NCBI GenBank assembly: GCA_045125935.1
Contig: JBGVNW010000041.1
Coordinates: 66,199-130,198, forward strand
Source: Bacilli bacterium
GTDB lineage: Bacteria > Bacillota_I > Bacilli_A > RF39 > UBA660
Direction: 5' to 3'
Length of the DNA stretch: 64,000 nt
The first letter of the stretch is position 1. Every line of letters begins with the position of its first letter. Of this stretch, positions 1 to 6,834 are shown piece after piece. The notes below the pieces were generated by a model, which saw nothing but the letters and a program-made list of their open reading frames with translations, did not search any database and was not told the DNA's origin. A program made the translations under genes and the position numbers.

Positions 1-1
1 C

Positions 2-124
2 TATGTTGGTGAAGTGGAAAGTGTTACAAGCGATAAATATGATTTAAGTAAAACTGTATATATTAAAACCAAACAAGACTTTAATAATATTCACTATGTA
101 ACAGTATTAAAGGAGAAAAATTAG
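2..124 (+). CDS. mreC: C-terminal end of MreC-like protein (5' part outside window)
   Basis: Frame open to the 5' edge, ends TAG 122-124 (..YVGEVESVTSDKYDLSKTVYIKTKQDFNNIHYVTVLKEKN*). Lies directly upstream of the mreD-like gene. Assignment rests mainly on synteny. Confidence 0.45.
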   Translation, partial: YVGEVESVTSDKYDLSKTVYIKTKQDFNNIHYVTVLKEKN

Positions 125-125
125 T

Positions 126-632
126 ATGGTCGCAATCATAATAGTTGTAATTTCCTTATTACTAGATGGAATATTAACCAATTATCTTCCATACACTGCC
201 GGAAATCTTTCTTTATTAACCCCGCTTTTAACTGTTGTTAGTTTATTTTTAATATATCCATTTTATAGAAAAAAAGAAAAAAAGTATTACATAATGGCAT
301 TTATAACAGGAATAATCTACGATTTATTTTACACTAACTTATTGTTTTATAATGGCATATTATTCGTAATGATATCTTTCTTTATAAAATTAACTTATAA
401 AAATTTTGAAGTTAATTATTTAAACATTATATTATACGTTATAGCATTAATAAGTATTTATGAAACACTTCAATGCTTATTAATCGTAATATTTAATTTA
501 GTTCCAGTAACATTAACAAAGTTAGTTTATAAAATAACTCATAGCTTATTATTAAATATTATCTATACAGAAATAATATTCTTAATAATCAATCATATGC
601 CAAATAAATACAAAAAAATAAATATCAACTAG
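126..632 (+). CDS. mreD: MreD-like rod-shape membrane protein
   Basis: 168 aa and almost entirely hydrophobic helices. Starts 2 nt after the upstream stop. Gene order mreC-mreD-spoIVFA-spoIVFB matches Bacillus. Confidence 0.6.
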   Translation: MVAIIIVVISLLLDGILTNYLPYTAGNLSLLTPLLTVVSLFLIYPFYRKKEKKYYIMAFITGIIYDLFYTNLLFYNGILFVMISFFIKLTYKNFEVNYLNIILYVIALISIYETLQCLLIVIFNLVPVTLTKLVYKITHSLLLNIIYTEIIFLIINHMPNKYKKININ

Positions 633-677
633 TATATTTATTTTTTTCTTTTCATATCCTTTATAAAGGAGATATAT

Positions 678-1250
678 ATGGAAAATAAAATAGTAAAGAA
701 AAGACTAGTACTAAAAAAAAGTATTCGCAATATTTTATCTAAAATAATGATAGTAGTTATTATATTCTTACTAGGATTAATTTGTATAAAAAATAATCCT
801 AATATAAAAAATGTTATTATAGATAACATTTATGAGAAAAGTTTTAAATTTACTAAGCTAAGAGAAATATATAATAAATATTTTGGTGATTTAATACCAA
901 TTGAAAAAATTATGGCCGAAGAAAAAACTGTTTTTAATGAAACTCTAACTTATGATGAAAAGAATGCATATAAAGATGGCGTTGCCTTAACTGTCAAATC
1001 AAATTATCTAGTACCAGCATTAGAAAGTGGCGTAGTAATTTTTATTGGGGAAAAAGCTGACTACGGTAAAACATTAATAATCGAACAGACAGATGGGATA
1101 GCAGTATTTTACTCTAATATCGAATTTGTTGATATAAAACTTTATGATTATATAGAAAAAGGAGAGTTAATAGGTGAGGCCAAAGAGGATAAAATATATT
1201 TAGTATTTTCAAAAGAAGGGAAATATTTAGATTATAAAAACTATATCTAA
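678..1250 (+). CDS. SpoIVFA-like membrane protein with degenerate LytM/M23 domain
   Basis: N-terminal TM (IMIVVIIFLLGLICI). C-terminal LytM-like beta domain (VPALESGVVIFIGEKADYGKTLIIEQTDGIAVFYSNI...GELIG) without HxxxD/HxH metal ligands. Sits directly before an M50 protease gene. Confidence 0.6.
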   Translation: MENKIVKKRLVLKKSIRNILSKIMIVVIIFLLGLICIKNNPNIKNVIIDNIYEKSFKFTKLREIYNKYFGDLIPIEKIMAEEKTVFNETLTYDEKNAYKDGVALTVKSNYLVPALESGVVIFIGEKADYGKTLIIEQTDGIAVFYSNIEFVDIKLYDYIEKGELIGEAKEDKIYLVFSKEGKYLDYKNYI

Positions 1251-1983
1251 TTACATAGAAATAAATATACTTGTCTATCTATTTGCCTTAATCTCAGTTT
1301 TTACAGCATCATATAACATATTTATAATTATAACAGTATTATTATTAATACATGAACTTGGTCATTTTATATGTGCCAAAATATTTGGAGCCGAAGTAGA
1401 TAGAATAATTATTTATCCACTTGGTGGTATCTCAAAATTTAAATTACCATTAAATACATCTATAATAAAAGAGTTATTAATCGTATTAGCAGGACCAATA
1501 TTTCAATTTATAGGATATTACTTACTTTTAAAGTTTTGGGATAGATATGAACAAATTATAAGGTTATATCATTACAGTATTCTAATATTTAATTTACTAC
1601 CAATATACCCTCTAGATGGTGGAAAAATAGTAAATTTAATACTATCAACTAGTCTACCATTTAAAACAAGTATAAATATAGCAATAAAAATAAGTTATGT
1701 AGTTATAATTGGTCTAGTAATCATAAATTATAATGATATTCATTTAAATCTGATTATAATGATTATTTTTTTAATATATAAATTAGTAACAGAACAAAGA
1801 CAAATTAATTTTTTATATAATAAATTTCTTCTAGAAAGATATATAACTAAATATAAATTTAAAAAGAGTAAAATAATATCTTCAGGAAATAATTTCTATC
1901 GAAATAAGCGGCATATAATCAAAGAAAATGGCAATTATTACTTAGAAGATGAATATTTAGAAAAAAAATATAAAAAAATATAA
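1231..1983 (+). CDS. SpoIVFB-like M50 site-2 metalloprotease (non-canonical start)
   Basis: Frame 1 is open from 1231 to TAA 1981-1983. HELGH at 1351-1365 and NLLPIYPLDGG at 1591-1623. The ORF track reports only the last 74 aa (1759-1983) because no ATG/GTG/TTG lies upstream. Candidate ATT start at 1231 follows AGAAGGGA. The start coordinate is uncertain. Confidence 0.7.
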   Translation: MIKTISNYIEINILVYLFALISVFTASYNIFIIITVLLLIHELGHFICAKIFGAEVDRIIIYPLGGISKFKLPLNTSIIKELLIVLAGPIFQFIGYYLLLKFWDRYEQIIRLYHYSILIFNLLPIYPLDGGKIVNLILSTSLPFKTSINIAIKISYVVIIGLVIINYNDIHLNLIIMIIFLIYKLVTEQRQINFLYNKFLLERYITKYKFKKSKIISSGNNFYRNKRHIIKENGNYYLEDEYLEKKYKKI

Positions 1984-1990
1984 AAAAGTG

Positions 1991-2020
1991 TTGACTTTAC
2001 GAAAAACGCTGTGCTATAAT
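1991..2020 (+). promoter_or_regulatory. sigmaA-type promoter for tRNA-Ala
   Basis: TTGACT (1991-1996), 18-nt spacer, TATAAT (2015-2020), about 34 nt upstream of the tRNA. Confidence 0.7.
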
Positions 2021-2053
2021 TCAATTACTGACTGAGAAAAAACGGTTAGTTAT

Positions 2054-2129
2054 GGGGCATTAGCTCAGCTGGGAGAGCGCCACGTTTGCACCGTGGAGGT
2101 CAGCGGTTCGATCCCGCTATGCTCCACCA
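2054..2129 (+). tRNA. tRNA-Ala (anticodon UGC), CCA encoded
   Basis: Cloverleaf read by hand: acceptor GGGGCAT/ATGCTCC, D arm GCTC/GAGC, anticodon stem CCACG/CGTGG with loop TTTGCAC, T arm AGCGG-TTCGATC-CCGCT, discriminator A plus CCA. G3:U70 Ala identity pair is present. Confidence 0.95.
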
Positions 2130-2139
2130 TATTGAATTT

Positions 2140-2167
2140 AACGTTGAGAAATCAACGTTTTTATTTT
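2140..2167 (+). terminator. intrinsic terminator after tRNA-Ala
   Basis: AACGTTGA-GAAA-TCAACGTT hairpin followed by a T-rich tract. Confidence 0.8.
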
Positions 2168-2244
2168 GCCTAGAGCAAATACATGTTGAAAAAATCCCAC
2201 CAACAAAAAAATAGCGATAAATTCTTACGAAAAAAAATAAAAAA

Positions 2245-2313
2245 TGATATAATTTAATCACAACGAGTAGCTATTTTATGGTGTAAGTCCAGTTGAAATA
2301 GCTACTTTTTTTT
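2245..2313 (+). promoter_or_regulatory. extended -10 promoter plus leader terminator hairpin in front of carD-like gene
   Basis: TGATATAAT at 2245-2253. Hairpin GTAGCTATTT(2267)...AAATAGCTAC(2305) followed by T8 (2306-2313), which abuts SD AGAGGTG and ATG 2325. Confidence 0.5.
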
Positions 2314-2324
2314 AGAGGTGAAAT

Positions 2325-2816
2325 ATGTATAAGGTTGGAGAAATTATCGTTTATAAAAAAGAAGTATGCAAAATAAAAGAAATAAAAGAAAAATATATAC
2401 AAGATAGAGATTATTATATTTTACATCCCATAGAAGATGAATCTTTAATAATTAATGTTCCAGTTGATAATGAAAAGGTCATTAGAAAAGCAATAAATAA
2501 AGAAAATGCACTTAGACTAATAGAAAAAATTAAAGATATAAGTCCGTTAGATTTAAATAATAAAAATATAGAAATTGAGTATAAACAATTATTAAATGAA
2601 GACTCACTAGAAAATCTTGTAAAAATAATTAAAACATCGTATTTAAGAAATTATGAACGAGAACAAAATAAAAAAAGAATTAGTGATGTAGATAGAACAT
2701 ACTTTAATAAAGCAGAAAAAAGATTATATAATGAATTATCTATAGGATTAGGATTAACCTACGATAAGACAAAAGAATATATAATTAAATGTTTAAATGA
2801 AAATAAAGAGGATTAA
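2325..2816 (+). CDS. CarD/CdnL-family RNA-polymerase-binding regulator
   Basis: N-terminal YKVGEIIVYKKEVCKIKEI...YYILHP... resembles the CarD_CdnL_TRCF tudor-like domain. 163 aa, typical size. Confidence 0.7.
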   Translation: MYKVGEIIVYKKEVCKIKEIKEKYIQDRDYYILHPIEDESLIINVPVDNEKVIRKAINKENALRLIEKIKDISPLDLNNKNIEIEYKQLLNEDSLENLVKIIKTSYLRNYEREQNKKRISDVDRTYFNKAEKRLYNELSIGLGLTYDKTKEYIIKCLNENKED

Positions 2817-2913
2817 TTTCCTTTTTTTTAGTTTACAAAAAGAAATAAATATTTTTGCTAAATACTATATTTTCTGATTTTTATGATATAATCATATAGA
2901 ATAGGAGGAACAT

Positions 2914-4086
2914 ATGAATAATATCATAAATATAATTTCGCTTATAGGTGTTGCAGTTATACCTGTTGCTATAATATTAATGTATGTTTACAATAAAGAT
3001 AAAAATAAAGAACCAGCAAATTTATTAGTTCTATTATTTTTAGGAGGAGTATTTTCTTGCTTTTTAGTTTTATCTTTAAGTAATCTCTTAGCACAGGTAT
3101 TTCCATTTATGACACAAACAAATACTTTCCTAGATTTATTTTTATATGCATTCGTAGGAGTTGCATTGATCGAAGAAGTATGTAAGTTCTTAATGGTATA
3201 TGCATTTGGATATCGACATAAAGCATTTGATGAAATATATGATATGTTAGCATATTCTATCTTCGTAGCACTAGGATTTGCCTGTTTTGAAAATATACTA
3301 TATGTTATCTCATCGGAAGCAGTATCGATTGGAATATCAACCGGTTTAAAAAGAGCAATAACAGCTATACCTGGACATGCTTGCGATGGTCTATTCATGG
3401 GATATTATTTAAGTCTAGCTAAAGTTTCTGCAAAGAGAAAAAATAAAATAGCAGAGAGAAATAACATATTAAAAAGTATCTTTATTCCAACAGTAGTTCA
3501 TGGAATATATGATTTTTGCTGTTTTGCCGGAACAGATTTGTTTTTTCTTGTATTTATTATATTTATAATCGCAACAGATATAATAGCGCTAAAAAAACTA
3601 AATTATGTAGCAAGAATAAATAGAAGTATCAATGAAAAACCTAAAAAAGTCATTGAACAAGTTTCAACTTTAGATGTAGCGAAAGAACAAGGATATAAAG
3701 AGAATTCAATAAATAATAATAGTGTAACTAACGAAGCTAATAGCTATAACCAGTATGCGAATAAAAGTGATTCAGAATACTTCACAATAGCACCACAGCG
3801 TCCAAGGCCAACTGCTAGCTGGAACGGCGATAATTTTAAATTTGAAAATTCATCTGTTCCATATGTGCCAGATCTTCTTCCGCAACAACATATAGAAGAG
3901 GCACCAGAAATAATAAAAGAACAATATGCAGAATATGTGCCAATTTTACCAGATGAACCAGAGGTGGAAGCTATTCCGGAAATACCAGCATCTCAATTAC
4001 CATCACCACAAAAGAGTTATTGTGTGTATTGCGGAGCAAAAGTACAAGGTGATTTCTGCAGTAGCTGTGGGCATGAAATAAAGTAA
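2914..4086 (+). CDS. PrsW-family intramembrane protease with C-terminal zinc ribbon
   Basis: Multi-TM N-terminal half with EEVCKF (EExxK) and HGIYDF (HxxxD) motif pairs. Low-complexity linker. C-terminal CVYCGAKVQGDFCSSCGH. Confidence 0.7.
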   Translation: MNNIINIISLIGVAVIPVAIILMYVYNKDKNKEPANLLVLLFLGGVFSCFLVLSLSNLLAQVFPFMTQTNTFLDLFLYAFVGVALIEEVCKFLMVYAFGYRHKAFDEIYDMLAYSIFVALGFACFENILYVISSEAVSIGISTGLKRAITAIPGHACDGLFMGYYLSLAKVSAKRKNKIAERNNILKSIFIPTVVHGIYDFCCFAGTDLFFLVFIIFIIATDIIALKKLNYVARINRSINEKPKKVIEQVSTLDVAKEQGYKENSINNNSVTNEANSYNQYANKSDSEYFTIAPQRPRPTASWNGDNFKFENSSVPYVPDLLPQQHIEEAPEIIKEQYAEYVPILPDEPEVEAIPEIPASQLPSPQKSYCVYCGAKVQGDFCSSCGHEIK

Positions 4087-4224
4087 AATGCAAAAAAATG
4101 TAAAAAAATGTACAAAATACTTGCTTAAAAATAAAAAGAATAATAAAATGAAATTATAAGGATATGGATTCGGTTGATAAACAGAAAAATATTCTTAAAA
4201 TAAATATTATAGGAGGACTTAATT

Positions 4225-4524
4225 ATGAAAATGAGAGTAGCTAAAGAAGATTTGCTAAGAGCTAAACAACAAACTGAAATCGGAAAAACTGAATACGATA
4301 ATGGAAAAAGAGCAATTGACCAAGTAATTAACGGTGTAAACAATGGTAAAATTGGTGGTTCAGTTTCAGCAGAACTTCTAAGTGTGTATGAAACAATTAA
4401 ACCAACATTAGAACAAGCATACAAATATTTTGATGAAGCAGACGGATTAATGTTAAGAGCAAACAAAGAATATGATGTAACAACAGAAGAAACATCTGCA
4501 GCACTTAAGAGTCATAGAATATAA
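4225..4524 (+). CDS. small helical T7SSb-associated protein (Lap1/DUF3130-like)
   Basis: 99 aa, predicted helical hairpin. Contains YKYFDEAD (YxxxD / FxxxD export-type motif). Strong SD AGGAGGA. Adjacent to WXG100-like and DUF4176 genes. Confidence 0.5.
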   Translation: MKMRVAKEDLLRAKQQTEIGKTEYDNGKRAIDQVINGVNNGKIGGSVSAELLSVYETIKPTLEQAYKYFDEADGLMLRANKEYDVTTEETSAALKSHRI

Positions 4525-4546
4525 TTGAGAAAGGATGATATAAATT

Positions 4547-4825
4547 ATGGCAGTTTATGAAAATGTAATTGTAAATGCAACAGAAGCAAGAGATGCAGCA
4601 GCACAAATTGATACAGCAATTAAAAATATGCAAGATGGAATTGATAAATTAAATCAAGAAATGGGATTATTACACCAAAATACTGAAACAGCATGGGAAG
4701 CAAAATTCAATGATGATTGGAATAGTTTCTATCGTAATAAAATTCCAACAGTTATCAATGCTTTAAAAGGACAAGCTGAAAACTTAAGAACAGCAGCTAC
4801 TGCAGCTGAAAATCTTAACGATTAA
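4547..4825 (+). CDS. WXG100-like small secreted-substrate/partner protein
   Basis: 92 aa helix-turn-helix sized protein with central TAWEAKF (W-x-A in place of W-x-G). Followed by two stable hairpins at 4836-4900. Confidence 0.55.
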   Translation: MAVYENVIVNATEARDAAAQIDTAIKNMQDGIDKLNQEMGLLHQNTETAWEAKFNDDWNSFYRNKIPTVINALKGQAENLRTAATAAENLND

Positions 4826-4926
4826 TAAAATATATACATTGCATTTGCAATGTATAGTAAATAGAGAAAAACTTTTCTCTACTTACTATGCTTTGCAAAT
4901 AAACAAGAAAGAAATGGGGAAGAAGA

Positions 4927-5265
4927 ATGGAAAATAAACAAAGATTTTTACCAATTGGATCAGTAGTAATGTTACGTGGCGGAACAAAAGAAGTAATGAT
5001 TACAAGTTATTGCATTTTTCCAACAAATGTTCAAATAAAAGATGGTCAAGCAGTAAAACCAGAAAGAAAAATGTATGAATATGGTGGATGTATTTATCCA
5101 GAAGGAATATTAGATAGTAATGTTTCGTGCGCTTTTAACCATGACCAAATAGTAGAAGTACTACACGTAGGATATCAAACAGATAAACAAGTTCAATTAT
5201 CAGATGTCTTAAATAATGGCTATGAAAAATACAAAGAAAAATACGAAAGTGAAGGCACTTTATAA
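4927..5265 (+). CDS. DUF4176-family protein (copy 1 of 3)
   Basis: N-terminal RFLPIGSVVMLRGGTKEVMITSY and central YEYGGCIYPEG. The same blocks occur in the 6550 and 11287 products. Confidence 0.7.
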   Translation: MENKQRFLPIGSVVMLRGGTKEVMITSYCIFPTNVQIKDGQAVKPERKMYEYGGCIYPEGILDSNVSCAFNHDQIVEVLHVGYQTDKQVQLSDVLNNGYEKYKEKYESEGTL

Positions 5266-5304
5266 TTAAAAAAAACAAGAGATGACAAAAAGTCATCTCT
5301 TTCT

Positions 5305-6010
5305 TGTATAAGAAAACCACCAGATAGTCCGGTGGTTCTTTTAAGCTTTAGCGTTGAGTCTTTAAAAAAAACACTCCTTTTGATATTATAAATTTGCGAT
5401 TCGCAGTTGCAAATAATAATATATGTTGAGAAAGGAGTGGTCAGTCCATGTGGAATGACATTAATAGTTTATCACATACTAAGTGGAATTGTAAGTACCA
5501 TATTGTTTTTGCTCCAAAGTATAGGAGAAAACAATTTTATGGTGATAATAGATTGGAAATAGGAAAGATTTTGAGAGAATTATGTAAGTGGAAAGGGGTA
5601 AATATAATAACTGCAGAAGTATGTCCTGATCATATTCATATGCTTGTTGAAATACCACCGAAGATGAGTATTTCAAGTTTTATGGGATTTTTAAAAGGAA
5701 AGAGCAGTGTCATGATATACGAACGTTGGGGCAATATGAAGTTTAAATATAGAAATCGAGAATTTTGGTGCAGAGGATATTATGTTGACACTGCAGGTAA
5801 AAATGCAGAAATGATAAGAAAATATATAGATGATCAATTGTATGAAGATCATCTTTCTGAACAATTAACAATTGATAAGTTAGACCCGTTCACGGGTAAG
5901 CAAAGATAAAATAATGCAAGTGCGAGTCGTGTGGGCGCTTTTAAGCGAAGCAAGAACCTAAGCCTTTTAGGCGCCAGAGAAAAACCACTAGCTAAGCTAG
6001 TGGATATTTT
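5305..6010 (+). mobile_element. IS200/IS605-family insertion sequence (boundaries approximate)
   Basis: Single Y1-transposase gene flanked by subterminal hairpins AACCACCAGATAGTCCGGTGGTT (about 5314-5337) and CCACTAGCTAAGCTAGTGG (about 5986-6004). No terminal inverted repeats, as expected for IS200. Confidence 0.7.
5448..5909 (+). CDS. tnpA: IS200-type Y1 (HUH) transposase TnpA
   Basis: 153 aa; HTKWNCKYHIVFAPKYRRK, HIHMLVEIPPKMSISSFMGFLKGKSS, YYVDTAG. Confidence 0.9.
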   Translation: MWNDINSLSHTKWNCKYHIVFAPKYRRKQFYGDNRLEIGKILRELCKWKGVNIITAEVCPDHIHMLVEIPPKMSISSFMGFLKGKSSVMIYERWGNMKFKYRNREFWCRGYYVDTAGKNAEMIRKYIDDQLYEDHLSEQLTIDKLDPFTGKQR

Positions 6011-6108
6011 TTACGCTGAAAAACACTTTACAATAAATGGGAAAAATGCCTTTAAATTTAAAAAAATATATGATATGATATACTCAGAGTATAATAAGGA
6101 GGAAACAA

Positions 6109-6516
6109 ATGGCGTACGTAGAAAGATTCATTTGTACTTATTCAGAAGAAAGAACAGATGAAAAAAATAGAACATATACCTGGAAATGTGATAGTAAAGC
6201 TAAAGATGCACATGATGATATAGCAGTAGAAGAAATAGTAAGTGGATGCGAAACACTTGCTAGTTATGCGAGCAGTCTTAAAGATATTGGTAAAAACATT
6301 GAAAGTTATGGAGATTTAATAACAAAAAATGATTTATCAGTTGATGGTACTGGTGTCGATGGCTTAGTAACAAACTTTTCTGGAGAGGCAAATAAATTAA
6401 TAGGAACAAATATTGTTGAACATGTAAATGGTGTAAAAGCAAATGCAATAAGTGTTTTTAACGAATTGCAAACAACATACAATGAAATAGCAAAAGCAAA
6501 TTGTTCACATAATTAA
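6109..6516 (+). CDS. hypothetical small protein upstream of the DUF4176/LXG-like pair
   Basis: 135 aa with strong SD AAGGAGGA. No motif recognised. Confidence 0.5.
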   Translation: MAYVERFICTYSEERTDEKNRTYTWKCDSKAKDAHDDIAVEEIVSGCETLASYASSLKDIGKNIESYGDLITKNDLSVDGTGVDGLVTNFSGEANKLIGTNIVEHVNGVKANAISVFNELQTTYNEIAKANCSHN

Positions 6517-6549
6517 TTACACAAAATGAAATAAGAAGGAGAGAAATAT

Positions 6550-6834
6550 ATGGATTACAAAAACGAAAAAGAAATTTTACCATTAGGTTCAATAGTTTTA
6601 TTAAAAGAAGCAACAAGATATGTAGTTGTAATAGGATATTCAATGGTTGAACACGGGAAAAATAAGATATGGGATTATTTAGGCTGTGCATATCCAATGG
6701 GAGTAATTTCAAGCGATTCAAATTTATTATTTGATAATGAACAAATTGAAAAAGTTGTATTTAAAGGTTTTTCAGACGAAGAAGGAGATGCATTTAGAAA
6801 ACAAATTAATGTTAGTATTGGGGATGAAGAATAA
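6550..6834 (+). CDS. DUF4176-family protein (copy 2 of 3)
   Basis: EILPLGSIVLLKEATRYVVVIGY, WDYLGCAYPMG. Its stop overlaps the next start (TAATG at 6832-6836). Confidence 0.7.
   Translation: MDYKNEKEILPLGSIVLLKEATRYVVVIGYSMVEHGKNKIWDYLGCAYPMGVISSDSNLLFDNEQIEKVVFKGFSDEEGDAFRKQINVSIGDEE

Noticed and set aside
1759-1983. 74-aa ORF listed in the track as a separate small gene.
   Set aside because: It is the C-terminal part of the M50 protease frame, which is open from 1231. The track truncated it only because no ATG/GTG/TTG lies upstream.
2988-3398. 136-aa minus-strand ORF inside the prsW-like gene. Similar antisense ORFs occur at 4125-4466, 43575-43895, 44049-44417, 46706-46927, 56093-56470 and 35691-36002.
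   Set aside because: Each is fully embedded antisense to a gene with clear family motifs, and none has a ribosome-binding site or a recognisable domain.
5931-6161. 76-aa ORF spanning the IS200 right end and the upstream region of the next gene.
   Set aside because: It crosses the IS right-end hairpins and the strong SD and start of the 6109 gene in another frame. It has no SD of its own and is likely spurious.
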